Positions 15,525 to 23,516 of a stretch of 32,000 nucleotides of DNA are shown here, one piece after another. Numbering within the stretch: the first letter of the stretch is position 1; each line of letters begins with the position of its first letter. Below the pieces are notes generated by a model, which worked only from the letters and a program-made list of their open reading frames with translations, searched no databases and was not told where the DNA came from. The DNA is from Geobacter metallireducens GS-15 (GTDB lineage: Bacteria > Desulfobacterota > Desulfuromonadia > Geobacterales > Geobacteraceae), in NCBI RefSeq assembly GCF_000012925.1, contig NC_007517.1:2280001-2312000 (forward strand). Reading direction: 5' to 3'. The translations under genes were made by a program, and so were the position numbers.

Positions 15525-16850
15525 ATGAGAGTCAGCAGGGCTGTTGCCATACTCTTCATCGGGCTGCTGATAATGCAGCATTTCCGTCCAGACGCCCATG
15601 CTGGTTATGTCGTGAAGAATCGTATCATTACGAATTCTGCAACGAACGGGCAGCTCTTGCCGTGGGGTACAGGGAGAATCGCCTCCTTCGGGGAAGTATC
15701 GGCGTTTCTCTATCGGACGGAATCCTCCGGAGACTGGCTCTATATGTATGATGGCTCTGGAAATGAGTCGCACATTCCACTCCCAGACCGTATTGATCTG
15801 AATGACCGTGCCAATACCGAATATCTCCTGGCAAGCCCCACCGATCTTTGGATATGGTCGGGGGTATTGGGGCAGGCCGCGTTGCGCCATTATCGGCTGT
15901 TGACAAACGGCAGGAGTCGATTGCCGGACAAGGCGGTACGTGTTTCCATTACCAAGGTAGGGGATGAAGAAACTCGGCCAGGGGCACTGCTGAAGCTCGC
16001 GAGCGGAGGTATTATCGCAGTCTGGCACCAGTTTAGGTACCATCTGGATCGCCGGTTGGATATGGGGTTTGCCTACGTGAACCCAAAGGGGGGAATTACG
16101 ACCAACTACCCGATCTCAGCACCCGGCAGGGAAGGAACACCCGTCGCGACGCGATGGGCCATGGCGCAGCATCCGGCCGACGGAAGCATCTGGGCGTTTT
16201 TTAAGCGGGACAGCTATCATGAGATCAGTGCTCTTCATCTGACGGAGACAGCAAAAGGGATTAAACTCGATTGGGTCAAGACGGATTTCATCGGAAGGAA
16301 CGACGGAATCCACGAACCCGAAGGGGAATATCCCTATCTTACCGCTGTTGCTGATTCTGGTAACAATTCGATTGCTCTCGCCTATCAGAATAAGCGTTCT
16401 GAAATCTTGTATGCTACCGATGGGGACGGGAACCTCATGAATGGCAGTTGCGGTCAAAGCCTTTCACAACGGATGGAGCCCTACTTTTTCGCCAAGCGCT
16501 CATTAGTGAGTATCGTGCGGATAACAGCGGACGGTAGGAAAGCATTCCAGGATTTTCCGGGGCTTGTCGAGCGGACCCAGGAGTTTGGACTATCGGTTGC
16601 TGATCGGCTCTGGGTCCTCTACCGGCGAATTGATTGCGAAACGAGCAACTATGAGATGCTTCAGCGGCAGGGCGAAGTCATGCTCCGCTATAATGATGGT
16701 GCATGGAGCGAACCTCTGATACTCGGCAAGTTGGATGTTGAGAAGGAGTACTACGGGGCTTCTCTGTTCTCTTCGCCTTATCAGCCTCACTTTCTGATGC
16801 GTCTTAACGATGGGAAATTACATCTCTTTGAAGCGAAATCCAGCCATTAG
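15525..16850 (+). CDS. secreted hypothetical protein (441 aa)
   Basis: SD GGAGGA sits just upstream of the ATG at 15525 and is preferred over the TTG at 15480 used by the track. The N-terminal signal peptide is MRVSRAVAILFIGLLIMQHFRPDAHA. I recognise no family motif. Confidence 0.65.
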   Translation: MRVSRAVAILFIGLLIMQHFRPDAHAGYVVKNRIITNSATNGQLLPWGTGRIASFGEVSAFLYRTESSGDWLYMYDGSGNESHIPLPDRIDLNDRANTEYLLASPTDLWIWSGVLGQAALRHYRLLTNGRSRLPDKAVRVSITKVGDEETRPGALLKLASGGIIAVWHQFRYHLDRRLDMGFAYVNPKGGITTNYPISAPGREGTPVATRWAMAQHPADGSIWAFFKRDSYHEISALHLTETAKGIKLDWVKTDFIGRNDGIHEPEGEYPYLTAVADSGNNSIALAYQNKRSEILYATDGDGNLMNGSCGQSLSQRMEPYFFAKRSLVSIVRITADGRKAFQDFPGLVERTQEFGLSVADRLWVLYRRIDCETSNYEMLQRQGEVMLRYNDGAWSEPLILGKLDVEKEYYGASLFSSPYQPHFLMRLNDGKLHLFEAKSSH

Positions 16851-16952
16851 CACAATGTCAGTTGCTCACCAATCGCTCTACTGGAATACGCAGTGAACGG
16901 GCGCTCGGAGGCCCTTTTTCGGGAATGTTACAAGAAAATTTTCAGCAACTGA

Positions 16953-18008
16953 TCAAGGAGCATCAATAACCTTATCTATGGGATACCGCATCGAGTACAC
17001 ACTCGGCGGTCCACACCTGCCAACTCTGAACATTATGAACAGAGAACCGTCCTCAACTCCGAAACGGTTCGCGAGCGTGCCATAGGCTTTCTTTATTAGT
17101 TCTCCGTGCTGAGAAGAAATATTTTCTGTCTCACCATCGAGCACACGCCGCATGAGAAGCGTTATCCCTGTCATCAGCTGAAAGCTTAGACCGAGCTTCG
17201 TCGCTTCGAGCCACACTCGCTCGATGAGCCGGCCCGCAGCGATACAATCCTTATCCCCTTTGCCCGGAACCGAAACAACCCCGATTGCGGCGGCAGAAAG
17301 GGCAAGCTTTCGAGCGGATCCAGCTATTATTCGGGGCACGCCGAAATTCTTCAGAAAGTCCACCAGCGGCCAGCTCTTTAGCAGCGGGAAAGCAAGGGAG
17401 TCCGGTGGCGCCAGCTCCAAGGTCTTGATATCGAGTCCGTCACCTCGTTCACGGGCTTCAGCGTCACTCCATCGCACATGTTCAAAAAGAAATGCGTGGA
17501 GATGCTCGTTTTCAAAAACAAGACGGTCATTAAGGGCATTAACTTCGGCAACTTCAGCCTTGTCTTGGACGCTCCCCGTTAGCGCGACCTTACCTCCAGG
17601 TACACGCTCGGCAACAGACAGAAGAGTTTGGCTTTCGGCGGCAGAGAGAGCCCCCCCATTGTAACGCTTACGATTCGTGCAGCGTTTGGGGATGTACGGG
17701 TAGAGGGAGTCATCGAAAGAGGGCCCTTCTGTCATCCGAACTGCTGCGACAAGGTTCGGAACATGGCTGTCGGGGAAAAGGGATATGTCCGGAGCATAAC
17801 CGAATGCTGGTGCAGCAATGGAAAGATTCTCAAGCAGGGCGCCGTGCGCCACGTAGGATGCCCTTTGATGGAGGTTGAAGAGTGACGTATCCTGGTCGGG
17901 TATATTGAATATGCGTATCACGTCACCCTCCATGACGAAACGCCATGGCTGGCAGTTTTCACCCGACGGTGCCCGGACAGCGGCCTCCAGTATTTCTCGA
18001 TACTTCAT
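16953..18008 (-). CDS. tandem-domain nitroreductase-family protein (Rv1355c C-terminal / Acg-like architecture)
   Basis: The N-terminus EILEAAVRAPSGENCQPWRF is a classic nitroreductase-fold motif. The length of about 350 aa fits the two-lobe type. SD GGAGG lies 8 nt upstream, inside the end of the ThiF gene. Confidence 0.75.
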   Translation of the reverse strand: MKYREILEAAVRAPSGENCQPWRFVMEGDVIRIFNIPDQDTSLFNLHQRASYVAHGALLENLSIAAPAFGYAPDISLFPDSHVPNLVAAVRMTEGPSFDDSLYPYIPKRCTNRKRYNGGALSAAESQTLLSVAERVPGGKVALTGSVQDKAEVAEVNALNDRLVFENEHLHAFLFEHVRWSDAEARERGDGLDIKTLELAPPDSLAFPLLKSWPLVDFLKNFGVPRIIAGSARKLALSAAAIGVVSVPGKGDKDCIAAGRLIERVWLEATKLGLSFQLMTGITLLMRRVLDGETENISSQHGELIKKAYGTLANRFGVEDGSLFIMFRVGRCGPPSVYSMRYPIDKVIDAP

Positions 18009-18010
18009 GA

Positions 18011-18883
18011 CTAATCCTCCGACTTCATGAGCAGGTTTTCCATGATGAGGCGACGCTTTTTCTTCTGGGATGGACTCTTCGCCCCCAATGCTATTTTCCC
18101 CATTTTCACCTTATTAAGAAGCATGTCGAATTGAAGATAACAGGGGATGGGGCGAAGCTCTCCCTTACCGGTCAGGATCTTCACGATTTCGGTCGCCACA
18201 AGTGAAGCGGCCAGGGTGCATGCTGGAGATACCGCCGGTCCGGTACGCCGCTTGAAGCTCACCCGGCTGGCATCCATGTAGGAAAGATGATAGGGATTCG
18301 GAGTCAAGCCGGCGGCAAAAGCTGCAATTTTCTCCAGCGGAGGCGTCTGATCATCAATGCCGAAGTAGTCGTCGAAACTCATCCCTTCAGGGTCAAAAAC
18401 CTGCAACGTGGCGCCGAAACCGAGGGGAGCAGCAGTCAGCGCATAGATGCCTTTTGCACGGCAACTGTTGAAGATGAGGCGACGCATATCTATCTCAAAA
18501 AAGTCTATGCTATCCACATAGACATCGACGCCATCAAGGAATGCATTAATGTTGTCTTCCGTAACACCCTCTTCCATGACGCGAACTTCGGCATTCGGGT
18601 TGATATCCTTCACCATCTCCGCCAGCACCTGCGCCTTATTGCGGTTAAGGGTGCTGTGGAATGCCCCAAATTGCCTGCTTATGTTTACCACGTCGAACGA
18701 ATCATGGTCGGCTATAGTGAAACAGCCAACGCCAAGCCGAGCCAGAGTAAGTACATGAATACCCCCTACCCCACCCGCGCCAGCCACCGCAACTCGTGAG
18801 GCCAGTAGCCGTTTTTGTTCCTCAACAGTAAGAAGACCTATGTTCCGCGCAAACTCATTTCTTATGAGGCTATCACTGTCCAT
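18011..18883 (-). CDS. ThiF/MoeB/HesA-family E1-like adenylyltransferase
   Basis: The nucleotide-binding loop is VAVAGAGGVGGIHVLTLARLGVG, followed by DHDSFDVVNISRQ. No CxxC zinc pairs are visible. The stop lies 2 nt before the nitroreductase ATG. Confidence 0.85.
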   Translation of the reverse strand: MDSDSLIRNEFARNIGLLTVEEQKRLLASRVAVAGAGGVGGIHVLTLARLGVGCFTIADHDSFDVVNISRQFGAFHSTLNRNKAQVLAEMVKDINPNAEVRVMEEGVTEDNINAFLDGVDVYVDSIDFFEIDMRRLIFNSCRAKGIYALTAAPLGFGATLQVFDPEGMSFDDYFGIDDQTPPLEKIAAFAAGLTPNPYHLSYMDASRVSFKRRTGPAVSPACTLAASLVATEIVKILTGKGELRPIPCYLQFDMLLNKVKMGKIALGAKSPSQKKKRRLIMENLLMKSED

Positions 18884-19003
18884 TTATAAACCTCCGTCGT
18901 GGGAAATAATTCATAAAACAACAAAACATTTGCCGGCCCTGCTTGTAGCAGCAACCATCAAATCGAAAAAATATCACACAGTTATCATGCCATCAAGACA
19001 CAT

Positions 19004-19537
19004 TCACTTCCGCCACTCAAACGGCACCCCTGCCCTGCTTGCCTCGTTATCAAGGGCGGAAAGTTGTGCTTCCAACTCCTTGATGCGTGCTTCATCCCGC
19101 TCGATCTTGTCCATTTGCTCATTGTAGGCCGCTCTATCCTGGGGACGCTGATAAATGGTTCGCTTGCGGTGGAGTTGGTTGAGGGCCTCCCGTTTCTTGG
19201 GTAGTCCGTCCTGAAGTGCCTTCAGTTCAGCACGAAGGGTTGCAAAGCGTGAACGCCACTCTTGCTCGGAAAGACTGTCCGTGGGTTTCTTATCAGATTT
19301 GTTTACAGGGGGCTTTGATTGCCGTTGCGGGCGGGACTCTGGCTCGCTCTCCGGTGAGGGCGCCGGGTTTGTCATCGATGGACTCTTCCGGACACGCTTC
19401 CGGTACTTGGATGGTATCAAATCGGGGTTATCGGTGAAATTTACAACCCCCTTATCGTCGACCCATCGATAGGTATCAGCCCGAGCAGCACCACTGAACC
19501 CCATCACCACTGCCAAAGCGAAGATAAGTTGTTTCAT
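19004..19537 (-). CDS. DUF4124-domain secreted protein with a coiled-coil C-terminus
   Basis: The signal peptide MKQLIFALAVVMGFSGAARA is followed by DTYRWVDDKGVVNFTDNP, the DUF4124 signature. The ATG at 19537 has AGGTGG upstream and is preferred to the GTG at 19549. Confidence 0.75.
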   Translation of the reverse strand: MKQLIFALAVVMGFSGAARADTYRWVDDKGVVNFTDNPDLIPSKYRKRVRKSPSMTNPAPSPESEPESRPQRQSKPPVNKSDKKPTDSLSEQEWRSRFATLRAELKALQDGLPKKREALNQLHRKRTIYQRPQDRAAYNEQMDKIERDEARIKELEAQLSALDNEASRAGVPFEWRK

Positions 19538-19616
19538 CGGTCTTGCCACCTACGCATAAATGCCTCCACGTACTATAGAATCAGTCCCAATGCCGCATGG
19601 CAACTGGTATTTTGCG

Positions 19617-19645
19617 TTGACGACCATGCACCTCAAGTGTATAGT
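19617..19645 (+). promoter_or_regulatory. sigma-70 promoter candidate for the cytochrome gene (TTGACG - 17 nt - TATAGT)
   Basis: -35 at 19617-19622, a 17-nt spacer, and -10 at 19640-19645. It lies about 55 nt upstream of the ATG at 19699. Confidence 0.5.
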
Positions 19646-19698
19646 ACAGCGTTTATAAACAGTCTATCAGTCGAACTTCACTATATGAGGGACACATC

Positions 19699-20721
19699 AT
19701 GAATCTTCGCTCAATCTCGATCGCCTGTATGCTCTTCCTTGCCTGTATATTGCCGGCAACGGCCAAGGAAACCAAAGAGATAACCTTCAAGCTCAGGAAC
19801 GCGGAACCTGTCGTTTTCAGCCACGACTATCACCTTGCCAAGTATAACAATAACTGCCGTATTTGTCATAACACCCTTTTCAATCTTAAGAATCGTAAAC
19901 GTTACACAATGCTCGAGATGGAAAAAGGTAAGTCATGCGGCGCCTGCCACACCGGCATCAAGGCCTTCAGCGTTGCCGATGACGCTGAATGCGTTCGCTG
20001 CCACAAAGGCAAGCCCCGCCCAGTAGTCTTCAAGATGAAGGGGGCCACTGATGCGGTCTTCAAGCACGAGCTTCACGTCCCCAAGCTCGGCGGCAAATGC
20101 CGCACCTGCCATAGCAACAAGAATATTGTCGGTGCCCGGAAGGTTACCATGGCCCAGATGGAGAAGGGGAAATCCTGCGGCGCCTGCCATGACAGCAAGA
20201 AGGCATTTACGGTGTCCGGCAACTGCGGCAAATGCCACCAGGGAATGGCGCCGCCGAAAACCGTGGCGTTCAAAATCAAGGGAGTTGCCGACGCCGCCTT
20301 CAGCCACGACTTCCATCTCGGCATGTACAAGTGTGCCGATTGCCACACGAAACTCTTTGCATACCGGGCCGGCGCCAAACATAACACCATGGCCGACATG
20401 GAAAAAGGTAAATCCTGCGGCGCCTGCCATAACGGCAAGGATGCCTTTGCCTCCACTGGTGACTGCGGTAAGTGCCACCCGGGCCTCAAGCCGGCCAAGC
20501 TTACCTGGAAGACAAGCCTCGGTGAAGCCTTCTTCGACCATGGATTCCATCTGGGGATGTTCAAATGCGCCGATTGCCACACCAAGATCTTCAAATACAA
20601 GAAGGGCGCTTCCTCTGCCACCATGGCTCAGATGGAAGCGGGCGCTTCCTGCGGCACATGCCACAACGGCAAGGACGCCTTCTCGGTGAAGGACGACTGC
20701 GTCAAGTGTCACAACATGTAA
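19699..20721 (+). CDS. dodecaheme c-type cytochrome built from four c7-type triheme modules (GSU1996-like c7 polymer)
   Basis: There is a signal peptide plus exactly 12 CXXCH motifs: CRICH, CGACH, CVRCH, CRTCH, CGACH, CGKCH, CADCH, CGACH, CGKCH, CADCH, CGTCH and CVKCH. They occur in four repeated units of about 80 aa, each with M(A/E)xMEKGKSCGACH. Confidence 0.92.
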   Translation: MNLRSISIACMLFLACILPATAKETKEITFKLRNAEPVVFSHDYHLAKYNNNCRICHNTLFNLKNRKRYTMLEMEKGKSCGACHTGIKAFSVADDAECVRCHKGKPRPVVFKMKGATDAVFKHELHVPKLGGKCRTCHSNKNIVGARKVTMAQMEKGKSCGACHDSKKAFTVSGNCGKCHQGMAPPKTVAFKIKGVADAAFSHDFHLGMYKCADCHTKLFAYRAGAKHNTMADMEKGKSCGACHNGKDAFASTGDCGKCHPGLKPAKLTWKTSLGEAFFDHGFHLGMFKCADCHTKIFKYKKGASSATMAQMEAGASCGTCHNGKDAFSVKDDCVKCHNM

Positions 20722-20744
20722 TACCAAGGTAAATGTATGCATAA

Positions 20745-20786
20745 CAGAAACGGCGGAGTCTCCCTAAGACTCCGCCGTTTCTGTTT
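20745..20786 (+). terminator. intrinsic terminator between convergent genes
   Basis: A perfect 16-bp stem, CAGAAACGGCGGAGTC (20745-20760) / GACTCCGCCGTTTCTG (20768-20783), is followed by TTT. Confidence 0.7.
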
Positions 20787-20818
20787 GTGGCACCACTGAA
20801 CAAATAAGCGGCAACGAT

Positions 20819-22120
20819 CTACATGGACCGCACCCGCCTCAAGGCATCCACTACCCCTTGAGGTGTTGCCTCAACAACCAACACCCTGGTTCCGAGAGAT
20901 TTTCCCAAGCCATCCACCGACAGGTCATCCAGAAAAATGCCCTCCCCTTCCTTGAGCATCACATCGGGAACCAGGACCGCATCACCAAGATCCCTTCCCG
21001 ACAACTCTTCGACGATATCGCTGCCGGCAACGAGGCCGGTCACCGTAACCGATTCCCCAAAGAGTCGGTTATGGACCGCCACGGGCTTGAAAGTGGCCCC
21101 CGTCCTGACCGAAAGCCTTTCGAGAAAGGCTGCCAGATAGCGATAGGGGGATTCGCCGGTTACGACGGTGACCGTAACCGGCTTCCCCTTCCGGGCCTTC
21201 TTGAGGACACGCTCTGACTCGTCGAGAAAGAGCGGAATCATGCCAACACCGTTCTCGATTTGAGGTAAGTCGCCATAGGTTTCAAGGGGTGGAAACGGGA
21301 GCCCGGCCTTGATGTAGAACTCATCGGCGATAAAGAGAAACGGCGCTCCCAACTCGCGCTCCAGACGCTCCGCCGCAGGCTGCCAGTTTTGAACGAAAGT
21401 CTCGGCATAGCTGGCCGTGACCGGTTCCAGCGCGGGCAGCCCCCGTCGGTGCTTCGTGAGGCCGATCGGGACAATGGCAAGGGATTCAACCCAAGGGTGA
21501 AGTCCGGCCAGATCCCGGACCGTCTTCTCAAGTTCGACGCCGTCGTTCAGGCCGGGACAGAGGACGATCTGGCTATGCATGACAATACGGGCAGCAGCCA
21601 GTTCCCGCATAAGGTCAAGGATCGGCAGGATTTCCGAGCGCCCCAGGAGCCGTTCCCTCAGAGCGGGGTTCGTGGCGTGGACCGAAATATAGAGGGGAGA
21701 GAGGCGCTGGGCGACGATCCGGTCCAGGTCGCCACGCCTGATATTGGACAGGGTCACGTAGTTGCCGTAGAGGAAGGAGAGGCGGTAGTCCTCATCCTTC
21801 ACGTATAGGGGGCGCCGAAGCCCCTTGGGAAGCTGGTGGACAAAACAGAAGACGCACTTGTTCCCGCACTGGGCCGGAACGGGTGGAGCAAAGACGAGGC
21901 CCAGAGGCTCATCGCCGTCTCGCTCGATCTCCGCCTCCCAGTGATCTCCGGAGGGTTTCACAATTTCCAGAGCGAGCTCCTCGTCATGGGCATAGAACGA
22001 AAAATCGATAATATCGCGGAGATCCTGGCCGTTTATGGCCACAAGACGGTCACCCGCCTCTATTTCCAGCTCTTCAGCAATGCTCCCCGGCTGAACATAG
22101 TCGATAAGAAGTCCTTCCAT
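20819..22120 (-). CDS. DUF512-family radical-SAM-like protein with an N-terminal PDZ domain
   Basis: CGNKCVFC (CX3CX2C) is followed by VHQLPKGLRRPLYVKDEDYRLSFLYGNYVTLSN. The PDZ-like N-terminus is GSIAEELEIEAGDRLVAING. The start is the ATG at 22120, which overlaps the upstream stop (TGATG); the longer track ORF is rejected. Confidence 0.85.
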   Translation of the reverse strand: MEGLLIDYVQPGSIAEELEIEAGDRLVAINGQDLRDIIDFSFYAHDEELALEIVKPSGDHWEAEIERDGDEPLGLVFAPPVPAQCGNKCVFCFVHQLPKGLRRPLYVKDEDYRLSFLYGNYVTLSNIRRGDLDRIVAQRLSPLYISVHATNPALRERLLGRSEILPILDLMRELAAARIVMHSQIVLCPGLNDGVELEKTVRDLAGLHPWVESLAIVPIGLTKHRRGLPALEPVTASYAETFVQNWQPAAERLERELGAPFLFIADEFYIKAGLPFPPLETYGDLPQIENGVGMIPLFLDESERVLKKARKGKPVTVTVVTGESPYRYLAAFLERLSVRTGATFKPVAVHNRLFGESVTVTGLVAGSDIVEELSGRDLGDAVLVPDVMLKEGEGIFLDDLSVDGLGKSLGTRVLVVEATPQGVVDALRRVRSM

Positions 22121-23226
22121 CAGGTCCCCCGGTAGAATGGAGTGGTGAGATACCAGCCTGTGAGGTGGCGGAGAAAAACCTTCAGAACGGCGGCCACGGG
22201 AACCGCCAGGAGCATGCCAAAAATGCCGAACCACTGCCCACCGATGAAAAGAGCGATGATTGCAACCACTGGATGCAGCCCCACCCTGTTGCCGACGATG
22301 GCAGGGGTGATGAGCGCCCCTTCGATGGCCTGCACGATCACAAACCAGCCCAGACAGAGGAGCGGATGGAGCAGGTCGTGGAATTTGAGAAAAGCCATGA
22401 TCATGGACACCACAATACCGAAGATGGTCCCCACATAGGGGATGATGAAAAGGATGCCGGAGAGGGTCCCAATGGCGATTGCCAGGTCTATGCCGATCAG
22501 GGAAAGGCCGATACTGTAAAGGACCGCCAGAATGACGCAGACCGAGAGCTGTCCTCGCACAAAGGCGGAAAGGACACCATCGATTTCGTCGCCAAGACCG
22601 GTTACCGTCTCCCGGGAACGCTCGGGCACCAGTTTCAGAGCCCCCTCCTTGAAATGAGGCAGATCGGCCAGGAAGTAGTAAAGGTAAACCGGCGTGATGA
22701 AATAGCCGACCACGGTCAGGATGAATCCCAGGGTCGACGAGAAGGCCTTTTTCACGAAATCATAGGCCCCACGGGCAATATCGAAGGAGATGCCGCGCAA
22801 TTCATTCAGCATCCGGTCCACCTGCCGGTAGAGCTTATCCGGGGTTTCAATCTGGAGATAAACCTTCACCTTCTCGGGGATAAGGCCGTAAAAACGGTTT
22901 GCGTAATCAGGGAGGTTGATCTGCACCGCCGCCAGCTCATTCTGGATGGAACCGGCAAAGAAGGCGAACGCCCCCGCAAAGCCGACAACAATCCCGGTCA
23001 TGACCAGCAGGATTACCACGACCCGCGGGACCCGCTTCCCCTCCAGCCATGACACGACCGGATTGAGCACATAGGCGAGGATCAGGGCGAGGAGCACCGG
23101 AAGGAAGATGGAACTGAGCGACCAGGCAAAGAAAAGCCCTGCCAGGACGAGCACCCCGACAATGATGAATGGAGAGTATTCTTTGAGATAGGTGGTCACG
23201 GAAAAATAACTGCCGGCAAGACGCAA
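22120..23226 (-). CDS. AI-2E family transporter (PerM/UPF0118)
   Basis: A polytopic membrane protein with the typical family C-terminal block (GALITPAIVGNRVGLHPVVAIIALFIGGQWFGIFGMLLAVP). A TTG start at 23226 is preceded by GGGGGAGGG, but the start is uncertain. Confidence 0.8.
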   Translation of the reverse strand: MRLAGSYFSVTTYLKEYSPFIIVGVLVLAGLFFAWSLSSIFLPVLLALILAYVLNPVVSWLEGKRVPRVVVILLVMTGIVVGFAGAFAFFAGSIQNELAAVQINLPDYANRFYGLIPEKVKVYLQIETPDKLYRQVDRMLNELRGISFDIARGAYDFVKKAFSSTLGFILTVVGYFITPVYLYYFLADLPHFKEGALKLVPERSRETVTGLGDEIDGVLSAFVRGQLSVCVILAVLYSIGLSLIGIDLAIAIGTLSGILFIIPYVGTIFGIVVSMIMAFLKFHDLLHPLLCLGWFVIVQAIEGALITPAIVGNRVGLHPVVAIIALFIGGQWFGIFGMLLAVPVAAVLKVFLRHLTGWYLTTPFYRGT

Positions 23227-23259
23227 CCGGCCCTCCCCCGGCGATGGGGAAAGGGCCGG
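23227..23259 (-). terminator. GC-rich hairpin downstream of hfq (possible attenuator or partial terminator)
   Basis: CCGGCCCT(CCCC)...(GGGG)AAAGGGCCGG forms a hairpin. On the minus strand it is followed by only a T-poor tract (TTGCGTCTTGCC). Confidence 0.35.
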
Positions 23260-23280
23260 ATACGCCCCGGTGGAAGGGGG

Positions 23281-23505
23281 TTACTGGTGAAGTTTAAAGG
23301 TGCCGTCAACGGAGGTGATGGACGAAATGGCGTGCTTGTAAATCAGCATGTCGCCCTGGATCTCCATGAGAACCGAGAAATTGTCGAATGACTTGATGTA
23401 CCCTTCGAGTTTTTCTCCCGACATGAGCCGAACAGCAACCTTGATCCGCTCTTTCCGCGACTGGTTGAGGTATTGATCCTGGATGTTGAACGGTGCTTTT
23501 GCCAT
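23281..23505 (-). CDS. hfq: RNA chaperone Hfq
   Basis: QDQYLNQSRKERIKVAVRLMSGEKLEGYIKSFDNFSVLM...YKHAISS matches the Sm1/Sm2 motifs of Hfq. It sits in the conserved mutL-miaA-hfq gene order. Confidence 0.95.
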   Translation of the reverse strand: MAKAPFNIQDQYLNQSRKERIKVAVRLMSGEKLEGYIKSFDNFSVLMEIQGDMLIYKHAISSITSVDGTFKLHQ

Positions 23506-23516
23506 ATGCCGCTCCT

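Noticed and set aside
19598-19616. sigma-54-like TGGCAACTGGTATTTTGCG upstream of the cytochrome gene
   Set aside because: The GG-to-GC spacing is about 3 nt too long for a -24/-12 promoter. A near-consensus sigma-70 promoter lies immediately downstream.
19933-20742. 269-aa antisense ORF and 212-aa alternate-frame ORF within the cytochrome gene
   Set aside because: The + strand frame carries 12 CXXCH motifs in a regular c7 pattern. The other frames are compositional artefacts of the internally repeated GC-rich gene.
22165-23052. 295-aa ORF antisense to the AI-2E transporter
   Set aside because: The product is highly charged, low-complexity and non-membrane, sitting opposite a clear polytopic transporter frame.
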